The notes below the pieces were generated by a model that was not told the origin of the DNA, made no database searches, and saw only the letters and a program-made list of their open reading frames with translations. The translations under genes and the position numbers were made by a program. From Camelus dromedarius (lineage: Eukaryota), in NCBI RefSeq assembly GCF_036321535.1, contig NC_087437.1, forward strand, positions 118,980,001 through 119,044,000: 64,000 nt of DNA, in the 5' to 3' direction. This document shows positions 24,900 to 37,377 of this stretch, piece after piece; position 1 is the stretch's first letter; each line of letters opens with the position of its first letter.

Positions 24900-25170
24900 C
24901 AGTGCTGTGGACCCAGGCAGTCCGGACGCGGCTGGTCTCACAGACCCGGTGTAAGATGCATGCAGACCTCCAAAGACGGTGCAAAGAACGTGAAATGTCT
25001 CGTCCTTAACGTTTATCTCATTACATGTTGAAAGGATAATATTTTGGATATATGGAGTTAAAGAAAACATATTGATACAATTGCTTTTAACAGGCTGTTT
25101 TAACTGTTAACTGGTTTCAATGCAGCTACCAGAAAGCCCAGCATTACCGGGCGGCCCCCTTCCGGGACCG
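24900..25170. mobile_element. MER3/MER33-like hAT-Charlie fragment
   Basis: TTACATGTTGAAAGGATAATATTTTGGATATATGGAGTTAAA. Confidence 0.6.
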
Positions 25171-25733
25171 GCGTTAGGCTCCCACCAGACAGAGCTGCGG
25201 GGCAGGGGCTCAGGTGTCCCCACCTGCCTGACTGAGGTGGGGGGAGCTCACCTTGGCCCCTCCCAGGCCCCCCAGAAGAGCGATTTCAGCTTGCAGAGCC
25301 TGGGAGAAGGCTCCCAGGGGTTTCACGTGTTCACTTGGGGCACAGGGTCTAGACTGGGCCCATGAGGAGAGGTAACTCACGAATGTCTGTGGTTATGACG
25401 GCCTGCAAGGTGGGGGGCCGTCACCCCAGCCAAGAACCGGAATCCCACTTTTCTTCTCTTTCCATTCCTTCTCCGCTCGCCCCATTTCATGGAGGGTGGC
25501 CTTCGTGGTCCACGAAACATTTGATGGACGACCTGGGGGAAAAGCATGGACTCCGCTCATTAATCCTCAACCAGCAGAAGCAGGTCTGCGTGCTGCGCTC
25601 GGTGAGTGGAAGGTCGTGGAGTCCTTTTTGAGTCCTGGAAGGACCCGGGCTGGATCCCGCCGTTCCGGGACCCCACCCGGACAAGCACAGGGCTGTGCAC
25701 GTGCGTGGCAGGTGGTCTCAGATGCCCGTTGAT

Positions 25734-25751
25734 CGACAGCAGGGGGCGCTG
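25734..25751 (+). promoter_or_regulatory. Candidate CTCF site
   Basis: CGACAGCAGGGGGCGCTG, close to the CTCF core CCASYAGRKGGCRS. Confidence 0.5.
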
Positions 25752-25976
25752 CTGAGTTTTTGGCCAGTTTTGGTTGCAGCCTGCGCTGCTCACTCGCTGC
25801 CCAGAAGGCCTGGAGCTGGGAGCGGGGGAGGTGTTGAAGAGCCCTCTGGGATTATAATCTAGCCTCTTATGAGTAAAAGACATTTCCTTTAGCTGTCGGA
25901 GATTTAGGCTCCGAGCCTCTCCGGCTAGCAGAAGGCAGAGCAGCTACAGAGCGATGGGGGCGGCCTGGCGCGCTCC

Positions 25977-25994
25977 GGCCAGCAGGGGGCAGTG
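25977..25994 (+). promoter_or_regulatory. Candidate CTCF site
   Basis: GGCCAGCAGGGGGCAGTG, an essentially full match to the CTCF core. Confidence 0.6.
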
Positions 25995-28699
25995 CGGCAC
26001 ACGCCTGCGCGCCCTGGGCTCTGCCCCTAACGAGAGGACTGGTTGACAGGGTCAACCAGTTAAGTATAAGGTCCATATCTGTCGCCATAATCCTTTACTA
26101 AGAAAGTTCGGGCAGTGCTTGGGGACTTTTGTTGCTGCTTTTTACAGAGGCCACTGTGATGGTGGGAAGGGATCCCAAAGACTTGAGATTATTTAAATCC
26201 GTTTTCTAAGGAGGACTGAGTCTCTGTCAAGGTCAGAGCCAAGGTCAAATAGTAGGAATGCACTAAGACATGTTCATGGAAAGACACTGACTGTATTAAT
26301 ACCTCGTGAGGGGTTATTAGAAAGTTAAGGAGGAGAGATAGGCCAGGAGTGGGGAGAAACAACCAGAACGAGGCTCACGCTTTAGGGGGAGGAGGTGTGC
26401 GATAAATCTGAGATTATACATGAATAAACTGTGTTTGCACTTCTTCAAGGACTGGAGTCCTAAGAGTCCTTCCACGTCATCAGAAGCTGGCCTGTGGGTT
26501 AAGATGCTAAGGCCCATGATGGCTCCCGTCTCGTCTGCCAGGACAGGCTTCCTCTGGGACGTTCCAGAAACTCCTCTGAGGTCGTTTTACGTTTACTTAC
26601 GTTTGCTTGTGTACTTTTCAGTTGTCATGTCAGAGTTGGAAACGCCTGCCTTGGAAGACGGCTTCCTTCCCTTCCTGGCGTTTCCCTGCGGGGTTGGTGG
26701 GCAGCCCCAGGGCTGTGGACACCCCACCCCTGCACGGAATGTCCCCCTTGGCCACAAAGTTGCACATGTCCAGCTCTAGGTCAAGAGAGTTAAAAAAATG
26801 ATCAAATTCCTGCTTACCTTGTGGCTACAATTCTCTCAGGCACAGTCCAGCATCTTTCCCTTCTTTCATTCTGACTTTCTCTTCCCAAGAGCGTCAACTC
26901 AGAGGCCCACGGAGCCTCCTCTAGGGGGTTGGAGACCGGCTTCCTTCAGCCTACGGATTCCCAGTTTGGCCTTAAATGGGTTAAATCTAAAAGACATTGT
27001 GGTTTATTGAACTGTGTTTTATATCACCTGGGTTTTTCCACTGCCTCTAATTTTTAGAAGAGAAGGGAGATTGTAATGAAATGCCTGTATCCTCGTGCAA
27101 GCACTGCTGGATGGTCAAAGATGGCAAGCTCCCTCGTGAAGCTGTCAGCCGCAGATGGGGTGCACCAGCCTCGGCCAGTAGAGGCACATCTGGATCCTGT
27201 AGAAAAGGGGTTTGGGGGTCTCGGTGGAAGGTGGAGGTGCAACAGTCCACAGGCCAGAGAGGGAGCCCCTCAGTGTGTCACCAAGCGTCAACCCCTCGGG
27301 AGCAGGAGTGCAGCCGGCAGCTGGCGTTCCAGCGCACAGGTGTCCTGCGTGGACCAGTACATTCTCTACCAGGAAGACGCACCAATGGCCATTCACCTCA
27401 AACAGGGAGGGTGGCATCTCTCTGTGATTCCTGTTTGCTGGAACCTGGCTAAGCCTGAGCAGGACAGACACCTGGCTTCAGAGCTGCAGCCCCCAGGTGA
27501 GGGCACCCTATCCCTTGCCTTGGCGGGTGTACCTACACCTTGATTGTCCAGCACAAGTCACCAGTGACTGCCCCTCCCCAGGCCCAGAGGATTTCAGGGT
27601 GGGCAGAAGAAATTTCGAAGCCCACCTCATCCCTTTGCAAACACCTGCCCTGTATTGGGGAAGGTGAGGCAGAGGGTCTCTACCCTTGTCTTGTGGACTG
27701 CAACAATTAAAGAGGCAATACAATTAAATTTTTTCTTTTATCTTTTAGCCAGACTGGTCCCTGCTAAATGCCTGAATTCCGTTGCTCGAGTCCCAGTCTC
27801 CCTATAGCTGCTGAGGGTGGCTGATCACGAACAATGCAAGGGTTTCAGGCTGAGCTCTCTGGGGCCTGCTCACTTGAGGGGTGTCTGTCTTACTGATCTG
27901 CACCCCCTCCCACACACACACACAGCTGACCCACAGCCCCAGCACCCCCAGGCCCTCCATCCCGGGTGGGCCTCGGCTCGTAAAGGGCATCGTGCAGTGG
28001 GTTCAGAACGTGTCCTCCTGGTAAGAAAGGCAGCGCCTCCCAGATTCCTTTCCTGCCTCTTGATGCCAAGACAGGCAGGGATATGTGTCCGCCTCCAGCA
28101 ACTTTAGCTTTAGGACCTGGACGGGCTTTGATCTGGATCCTGTGGGAAGCTCGCTGCTCGCTCCTCGGGCCTAGGAACAAGCCCGGACATCCCCGCTCCA
28201 AGCCTCACCTCTGCCTCGCGCCCTCCCCTGCGCCCTCCCCTGCGCCCTCCCCTGCAGGGCTCCCTGGAGGGGGCTGAGGACAGCCAGAGGTGCCCTGGGA
28301 GTGCCAATCTGAAAAGAGGAGGATCCAGAGGTCAGGGTGCAAACTGCCTTCCACTTTCTGGTCCTTAGGCTCTGAGAGATTGCATGCATTTCCCTGAGTT
28401 CAGGGAGTGGACGCTCCCTTCACCCCCTCTCCTCATCACTTATTTAAATCAGCGCATGCCCACCAGCCATCCATTCATTAACCCATCCTACAAGTTAACC
28501 CTGAATCCCTCCTGCACCGCGGGGCTGCGCTTCATGCTGGGATGGAGAATGGACAACTCTGAGGCTCTGGTTGGATGGAGACTCCAAGCCTCACTCAGAA
28601 AACACATGAAGAGTGGAGACTTGAAGAGTGAGACTTTCTAGCCTCTGTAGTTGGTAGATGGGAGCGAGAGAACATCCTTGAGAATGGCAATTTAAAAAA

Positions 28700-29615
28700 A
28701 ATCATGTTTTTAGAGCAGTTTTAGGTTTGCAGTAACATTGAGAGGAAGGTACAGAAATTTCCCGTAGACCCCTTGTCGCCACTTTTGCACATCTTCCCCC
28801 GCTATCAGCATCACTCACCAGCCTAGTACATTTATAACCAAGGATTGACCTACCCTGGTACCTTATAATCTCACCAGAGTCCATAGTTTACATTAGGGTT
28901 CACTTTTGGTGTCTTACATCCTGTGGGCTTGGACAAACATACCATGATGTGTCTCCCATTAAGGTGTCATATACAGGATTTCACGGCCCCAAAGCTCCTC
29001 TGTGCTTTGCCTGTTCATCTCACCCAGCCTCCAACAACCACTGATTTTTTTACTGTCTCCAAAATTCTGTCTTTTTCAGGATGTCATACGGTTGGAATCA
29101 TACAGTATGCAGTCTTTTCAAATTGGCTTTTTCCGCTTAGTAATATTAAGCATTTAAAGTTCCTTGGTATGTTTCATGACTCATTTCCTTTTAGTGCTGA
29201 GTGATGTTCCATTGTCTGGATGTACCACAGTTTATCTGTTCACCTACTGAAGGACATCTTGGTTGCTTCCAAGTTTTGGTAATTATGAATAAAGATGCAA
29301 TTATGAATATAAATATCCATGTGTAGGTTTTCATGAAGGCATAAGTTTTCAGCTCCTTTGGGTATATACCAAGGAGCATAATTGCTTGATGATAGGGTAA
29401 GAGGATGTTTAGTTTTGTAAGAAACTGACAAACTGTCTTGCAAAGTGGCTGCACCATTTTGCACTCCTGTCAGCAGTAAATGAGAGTTCCTGGTGCTCCA
29501 CATCCTCATTGGCATTTGATGTTGTCAGTTCCGGATTTTGGCCATTCTAATAGGTGTGTAGTGGTACATCATTGTTGTTTTAATTTGCATTTCCCTGATG
29601 ACATACGATGTGGAG
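28700..29615 (-). mobile_element. L1 3' region (L1MC-like)
   Basis: TTTTAGAGCAGTTTTAGGTTTGCAG...CAAAGTGGCTGCACCATTTTGCACTCC. Confidence 0.85.
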
Positions 29616-30164
29616 GGGAATGGAAATTTGATTTGCCAGCCACTGGGGTCTGCCAAAGTCATCAAAAAGTTATTCTTTCTTTCCGTATATATTTGTTGAA
29701 AGTCAAGTATTACTCTAGGTTCTATTTAAATAGCAGATGCACATATGTTAAATAAATAGGCTACTAGATATATACAAAATATTTTTATAAATACAAAAAT
29801 ATAAAAACAATTAAGAAAAGAAGGTTGTACCACTTCTAATAAAAAGATTAGAACAAAACTTTGCACTATCCATTTTTAAAATATCCTCTCATTAAACTCT
29901 GGATATTCTGGAAAATGTTACAAAGATAAGCATTGCAGTCTGAAAAGTAGTATATTAGAAAGCAGAAGTAAATACTTCCAGGAAGTTTATAAATCTAGAG
30001 ACGTTTCTGTGGGAAGGTAAAGGGACTCCTGCCCCCACAGTGCACCTGACAGAGGGCTCAGCAGCTCCTGCAGGTGGCGTAACTTGAATGTACTTGTCCA
30101 TCCTTTGTTCCTGATATTAAATTTCTTTTTCTTACTAAGGCAAATAGAACAGATTTACCTTAGA

Positions 30165-31970
30165 GGAGGTAACAGTTTTACTTCTTCCCTTCCAATCTGG
30201 ATATCTTTTATTTCTTTTTCTTGTCTGGTTGTTGTAGTTAGGACTTCCAAGTCTGTGTTAAATAGAAGTGGTGAGAGTGAGCATTCTTGTCTTATTCCTC
30301 ATCTTAGAGCACAATAGAGTTGGAGAAATTATGTTTCTTGGCTTCAGACTATACCACAAAGCTACAATAATAAAAACAGTATGGTACTAGCACAAAAAGA
30401 CACATAGATCAATGGAACAGAATAGAGAGCCCAGAAATAAACCCATACACATATGGCCAGCTAATCTACAACAAAGGAGGCAATAACATACAATGGGGAA
30501 AAGACAGTCCCTTCAATATGCGGTGCTGGAAAAACTGGTCAGCTACATGTAAAAGAATGAAATTGGAACATTCTCTAACACCATATACAAAAATAAACTC
30601 CAAATGGATTAAAGACCTAAATGTAAGAACATAAACCATAAAACTCCTAGAAGAAAACATAGGCAGAACACTCTTTGACATACATCATAGCAATATTTTT
30701 TTGGATCTGTCTCCTAAAGCAAAGGAAATAAAAACAAAAATACACAAATGGCATAAGACGAGACTCTGTAAACCTCCTAGAAGAAAACATAGGTAAGACA
30801 TTTTATGATATAAATCTTATAAAAGTTCTCCTAGGGCAGTCTACCCAGGCAATAGAAATAAACAAATGGGATCTAATTAAACTTAAAAGTTTTTGCACAG
30901 CAAGGCAACCATCAACAAAGCAAAAAGACAACCTGCAGAATGGGAGAAAAAAATTGCAAATGATGTGACCAATAAGAGGTTAATATCCAAAATGTATAAA
31001 CAGCTCATACAATTCAACACCTAAAAAACAAACAACCTGATTTTAAAATGGGAAGAAGACCTGAACAGACGTTTTTCCAAAAAAGACATACTGTTGGCCA
31101 ACAGGGATGTGAAAAGACATTCAACATCCCTAATCATCAGGGAAATGCAAATGAAAACCACAGTGAGCTATTACCTCACACCTCTCTGAATGCTGAATGG
31201 CTATCATCAAAAAGACCACAAACAAACGTTGGCTAGGATGTGGAGAAAAGCGAACCCTGGTATACCGTTGGTGGGAATGTAAATTGGTGAAGTTACTATT
31301 GAAAATAGTATGGTGGTTTCTCAAAAAATTAAAAAAACAGAACTACCATATTATCTAGCAATTCCACTCTGGGTATTTATCTGAAGAAGACAAAAATACT
31401 ACTTCAAAAATATACATGCACCCCAATGTTCACAGCAGCATTATTTACAGTAACCAAAATATGGAAACAACCCAAGTATCCATCAACAGATGAGTGGATA
31501 AAGAAGATGTGGTATACATACATTCAGTGGAATACTACTCGGCCATAAAAAAGAATGAATGTTTGTCATTTGTGACATAGATGGATCTGGGAGGATATTA
31601 TGCTTAGTGAAATAAGTCAGAGAAAGACAAATACTGTATGTTTTCACTTATAAATGGAGTCTGAAAAATAAAACAAATGGATATATATAACAAAACAGAA
31701 ACAGGCTCACGGATACAGAGAACAAAGTTGTGGTTGCCAGTGGGGAGAAGGAAGTGGGGAAAGGCAAAATAGATGGTGGGGATTAAGAGGTACAAACTAC
31801 TAGGTATAAAATAAGTACATTGTTACAAGGATATAATGTACAGCATAGGGAATATAGTCAGTATTTTATAACAATTTTGTATGGAATGTATTTTATAAAA
31901 ATATCGAATTACTATGTTGTGCACCTGAAGCTAATACAATATTATGTTAACTATACCTCAATTTTTTTTA
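30165..31970 (+). mobile_element. 5'-truncated L1 (ORF2 C-terminal part + 3'UTR) with an inverted 5' segment
   Basis: 30311-31970 is sense ORF2/3'UTR (ATAGATCAATGGAACAGAATAGAGAGCCCAGAAATAAACCC...); 30170-30310 is antisense ORF2. Confidence 0.88.
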
Positions 31971-32669
31971 ATGGTTAATTTGGGTGGGGGTGGCAAGGTA
32001 TGGAATTATGGGAGATTTAACTTTCTACTTCATGTAGTAAGAAAGCACAGTAACTATTTTTTTTTAATAGTGCAGGCAAGTGTCCAGCATTGTTCTAGGG
32101 GCCGGTGTTACAGTCGTGAATAAGCAGGACGGGCCCCTCCCTCCACCCCCCCGGGAAGATACTCTACTACAGTGAGCACGTGGATACGTGATGGATGCAG
32201 GAAGTGATGTGTCTGTGATGGAAAACAGCTGGCACAGCGCAGAAGCGCGATGCGGCGGCCAGCGTTAACGGTATGAATGTTTTCAGTCAAAAACTCCTCC
32301 TGCGTCCTTCGCACTTGCTTTTCCCAGGGAAAGTGAAGAGAGGACACTCTCCCCTGGAGGCAGGATGGGAGGTGGACCAGCTGGTCTCTGTATTCTCAGG
32401 GGACCTTCTGTCCACCCCTTCCTGGGACATGCGCTGTGGTTTGGGGTCATAGGCAAAGGGCAGGCAGGAGCAGACTCATTGTAACAGATTATTTTTAAAA
32501 AGGATTTAAAAATTGTTGCCGAAATCAAGAGGCTCTGTTGCTTCGTGAGGAATCTTTTAGAAACTGTTATTAAGACTAGTATGTGCCAGGTGTCTTGCTT
32601 AGAAGGACCCCAAGCCTTAGAGCATCAGGTAAGGAAGGTAACTACTCACTCTTCAGTCACAGGAGCCAA

Positions 32670-33810
32670 TGGCTGGTGGGGGCGGGGCTTCGAACCCAGG
32701 TCTTACCTGCTGATTGGTCCACGCGGCTGACACCATCCTGCCCCTCCCCACTGGGCGGGTGACAAGGGGCTGACCCTCCCCTGCGCCCGCTCCCCGCCCC
32801 TTCCACCCGCGGCTGGCCCACCGAGGCCGGCTCTCCCTCCGCGGGGGCCTGACCCGGGACCCCGGAAGCTCCCTCTGGCCTTGCTCCCGGCTCAGCGGGC
32901 GTGGCTGCCCTCGCGCCGGCGGAGCTGGGTCAGGCCCTCCCCTGAAGTGGCGGCACGCGCGCGGATGTCACAGCTCCTGCCACGCGCGTGCGGACACAGG
33001 CAGAGCCCAGCCGCGGGGCTTGAGGACGGCTGGGAAGGGAGGAGACTGGCGTTCAGACTTCGCCCTCGTCGCTCCAGGGACTCTGACGAAGCCCGCGCCC
33101 CGCGGTGTTACCTGAAGTTGTTATTCGCCAGCGTTGCCAGCCCCAGCCTGACAGTCACACACACACACGAGCCTGGGACTGAGGCACGTGATACGAGCCA
33201 CCCCAGCAATCTCACCCGGCGGTCAGTCGGGTGGACCAGCGGTGGTTCGGATGTGCTCCACTCTTCTGCGATTCTAAAGTGACGCTTTCTTGAAAAAAAG
33301 TCAGGTTTTCAAGATGTCTGCAAGATGGGCTTGTTAATCCCAATTACTAGCGTCTCGGGGAGGATTATCGAGGTACCGAGTAGGGCCCACCTAGCCCAGC
33401 CTGAGCCGAGACGTGGCGGAGGGGCAGCAAGGGGCCTCGGCCGTCCCTCCCAGCAAGGCGGGCACGGCCTCCGGGCCCGACCGCGTTCTCCCAGCCTCAG
33501 ACTAGCGCGCAGAGGTGAGGCTGCGGGCCACAGCGCCCAAGTTCCTCCTTTCCGCCCCACGACCTCCCTGTTGCCAAAAGGATTCCGCATAGTTTCCCTC
33601 ATTAATCTTCCTCTAGAAATGGTAACGACAGCTCTCCTAGCTGGCCTCTACAACATTTCAAGTTCCTTGGAGAAAGTAAGTGCGACCCGGCCAAGCTTGT
33701 GCTGGGCCCCGGAAACCCTCAGGCTGCTTCTGCGGGAGAAATCCTCCCGGAGGCGTAGGGAATATAGTCAGAGGCCGCCGGCTGCCTTCTGCCCGCGGAG
33801 GCAGCCAATT
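32670..33810. promoter_or_regulatory. CpG island / probable promoter, possibly bidirectional
   Basis: High CpG density; GC boxes (~32679, ~32792), reverse CCAAT (~32712), ETS CCGGAAG (~32862); donor-like sites pointing both ways. Confidence 0.75.
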
Positions 33811-34284
33811 CTTTTCCTAATCAATTCCTCCAGTTAAATTATCAGCACTGCTCTCCCTGAAACTCCAGCTGTCAGCGACCTTCTGCTCTGTTGGACTCAG
33901 ACAGTGCGAAACAACGTATACAAAATCAGTTGTTTAAATCCATTTTTTAAAAAGTATTTTAACTGAAGTATACTTGCTTTACAAGGCTGTTAGTTTCTGG
34001 TGTACAGCATAGTGGCTCAGTTATATGAAAATTCCTTTTCATATTCATTTTCATCATAGGTTATTATATGATATTGAATATAGTTGTTCCCTGTGCTATA
34101 CAGTAGGTCCTTGTTATTTATTGATTAAATCCATTTTGATTCTGGTAAAAAGCCACATGCAATACCAAGGAAAAGCACCCACTGTTTCCTGGGTTTGCCA
34201 GCCAGCCCAAGGTGAGGGGGTGACTTCTCAGCTTTCCCCTCAATCGGATGTGAAACTCACCCAGATTCGTTCAATGCCTCTGCA

Positions 34285-34497
34285 CCAGGGACTGCCAAAC
34301 GACAACTCTGCCTGTTGTGTAAATAAAGTTTTATTGGAATACAGTTATCCTCGCTCACTTACATGAGCTCATTAGCTGCCCCTGCTTCTGCACGGTGACA
34401 GCACGTCTGAGTATTTGCGACAGAGACTGCAGGGTCTCAAAGCCAAAACTAGTCTCCATCTGGCCCTTTACAGAAAAAGAAGTTGCCAATCCCTGCT
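34285..34497 (-). mobile_element. MER58A-like hAT-Charlie MITE
   Basis: GTAAATAAAGTTTTATTGGAA...CTGGCCCTTTACAGAAAAAGAAGTTGCCAATCCCTG. Confidence 0.8.
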
Positions 34498-34544
34498 CTG
34501 CTCCAAGTCTCCATTAACTGGTTTATTTCTCTCTCTCTTTAAGA

Positions 34545-35330
34545 AACAAACTTTATTTTTTAGAACAGTTTCAGGTTTACAGAAAAAAAAATGTATCCAG
34601 CTATCCAGAGAGTGCCCATATGCCCCTTGCCCCCACATAGGTTCCCCTGCAAGAAACATCCTTACCAGCTTGGTGTCTTTGTGACAATTGATGAACCAAT
34701 TTATTTTGATACATTATTAGTACCGAAGAAGTCCACGATTTACATTAGGGTTTACTCTCGGTCTTGCACGTTCTACATGTTTTGACATATTGTTTTATTC
34801 ATTTTTTTTTATTATGAAGGTGACTAAAATTAAAAGTAATTAAGTTATGAGAGCTGCCTAACGCAACAAGTTGGAACAAGACAGATGATATAAAGAAAAC
34901 AGTGGAAGATTCCCCCACCTGCCTGCTCACCTGCCCGAGGGCCATACCCACGTGGCTGGTGGAGTCCTCCCCGTCTGCTCCTGTGCACACAGCACTCACA
35001 CGCATGGGGAGTCTGAGATTCTTCTGAACATAGTCCTGTGCTAGGCATGGTATTTCCCACTTCCCTGTGTTCCACGGATATCGTCCTCAATTTTTTAATG
35101 GCTGCTGAATATTCCATTGAATGCATATGCTGAGGTTTATTTATTATGTATATAATTACATAATGAATTTTCTTGTCCATCCTTCTTAAAGCAGTTTGGG
35201 GAGCATCTCTAGAATAGATTCCAGAAATGGGACTGCTCAGCCCGAGGATAGGGGCGCATTTAACTTTGAGAGAAATAGAACAAGAAACCATCCAGAAAGC
35301 TTGCGGCATTTACACCCCTATTCTCTTGCA
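34545..35330 (-). mobile_element. Old L1 3' fragments
   Basis: TTTTTAGAACAGTTTCAGGTTTACAGAA; TTTTAATGGCTGCTGAATATTCCATTG. Confidence 0.7.
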
Positions 35331-36479
35331 AGCAGGGTGGGGCTGAGAAGCTAGATGTAGATCCCAGGACAATGGGAGCAGTTGACAAAGGGTTCACAGG
35401 GTTAGGGCAACCCAGGGAGGCTTCCTGGAAGAGGTGGGTTACCAGAAGGTGAGCAGGATTCGCAGTGTCTGGAGGAGTAGAGGGGATCATCCAAATGAGA
35501 GCCCCCCAAGCAGAGTATGAGCCCTTTGTGGAGCCTGAGGTCACAGGTTGTTCCTTACAAATTTCATCAAGTATACACCTTCTGGGAGGAAAAGATTTGG
35601 TAGTCGGGGCTGGAAATTGGGTATAAAGTGGACCTTCCCTGGGGTGGAGGTCAGAGGCACTGAGAAAGGGCACTGTTGTGGGCATTCACGAGACCAGGTG
35701 CAGCCTTGCCCTCCCGGGTGCATCTTGGCAGAGGGCACGGTGCTCCCTGGCCCCGTCCTCACCACCCTGCTGGCCTGGGTGCCCAGTGTGAGGGGAGGGA
35801 AGGTGCTGGAGAAAGCAAGGGAGAGAGAAAACGTGAACAGGAGGGTGGGCGGGAGAGAGGGAGGAAGGAAGGGAGAGGGAAGCGTCGGCCTCTACTTAAC
35901 CCCCAGGAAGACCTGGACGGAAGGTTCACATCTGCTCACACTGGCTCCAAGCTGCTCACGACCCCAAGGGACATTAACTGCAGAGGGAGCACCCTGGGTG
36001 CGCGCGTGCACGGAACACACGCAGGGTGCCACTGCCGTAATGGCAGGTAGGGGTGGGGGCCCGGGGGGGTTCCAGGGAGGGTGACAAGGTCCTGGCGCCT
36101 GTGCTCCCTCCCCACCCTGAGCAATCCCTGCCCACACTCCGTCCTCCTTTCCACCACCAGAACCTTGGCAGGAGTAACCTTTCTGGTGGTAATTTCCGCC
36201 CAAGCACACCTCCCTAAGTAGCAGGCTTGCTTTCTCTTTGAGCAGGTGTTTCTTGTCCTCCAGGCGCTGGGGACGGATTCCCGCAGGGCTGCTGGGAGGG
36301 GGTCCCGCGGGGTTTCCTCACCTCGTGATCTTCCGTGGCGCTGTGCTCTTCCCGTCTGTGCACGTTCTTCTGCGTGTTTCACAGTAAAGAAAGTTCTCCA
36401 GCTTTAAAAATCTGAAAACCACTGGTTTAGTCCTTCTCGGTATACTGTATCTATAATATATGCAAGATATGGTACCCTG

Positions 36480-36547
36480 TATATAGCGTGTGTCTCTCTC
36501 TATATATATACAGAGAGAAACAGAGACAGAGGCGGGGACATATACCG

Positions 36548-36588
<41 letters not shown>

Positions 36589-36730
36589 GCATATAGTGCA
36601 TAGCACAGACCATATAAAGAGAGGTGTCCTGTATATATAGGTGCGTGTATATATATATAGTATATATATAAATATAACTAGAGCTATCTCGTATATATAT
36701 ATATAAACAGAGGTATCTCATATGTACACA
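36480..36730. repeat. (CA)n microsatellite within TA-rich low-complexity sequence
   Basis: CA run at ~36550-36583, directly visible. Confidence 0.9.
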
Positions 36731-37377
36731 GCTATAAATGGGACACTTCCACTTATGTGGTCTGTACTATATACAATAACAAAAAGAAACAACAAAATGA
36801 AGAAACGCCCCCCCAAAACATGTGGACACGGCGGATCGCGGCCTTCAGGTCCTGCGCTTTCCCAGCCACCCACGTGGCCGTGCCTCCGGGCCCACGTGAG
36901 TCATCCCTCCGGCGGCCCCGGCCCCGTAGGCCCAGCCACGACCGGTGGTTGATCTTCCTGGGAAGCCGGCTCGGCCTCATTCATCTCTAAACCCCTGGAG
37001 TGACTCACGGGGTCTGCACAAGACTAGAGCCATCACGAGCTTTATGAGGCCGTCTAAGAAATGCTGAGCAATTCAGGCAGCTATGATTAAAAAGGAAAAA
37101 AAAAAAGGTTTCCATCAGCCAGCACCCCTGAGGAAGCCAAGACGCGGGGTGCTGATGGCTGTGTTGACGTGGTGTCAGCCATCTCCTTCCCAGGGATTTA
37201 AACTGTTGCACAATCATTAGCAAAAATCGCGACGATCACTGTTCACAACCACAATCTGAGAGTCAAAATTACCAACCTGATCAATAGCCACACATGAACT
37301 GCTGATGGTCTAAATCATTTCCCCTGAAAACCAGAATTTTACTCCATCTTCATAGCTCCTTCTTTCCTCCTGTAAGG

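Larger units (their letters stand above)
12320..28308 (-). pseudogene. Unrecognised multi-exon gene, apparently disrupted (candidate unitary pseudogene or fast-evolving gene)
   Basis: Candidate exons on -: 28209-28308, 27539-27649, 27085-27196, 26818-26986, 26601-26685, 25381-26223, 24585-24862, 24251-24374, 23582-23643, 20993-21066, 20116-20169, 19364-19399, 17281-17342, 17134-17184, 15224-15287, 14931-14958, 12320-12799. Most have a pyrimidine-rich AG acceptor and a GTRAG-type donor; many phases chain; several stops/frameshifts. Confidence 0.55.
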
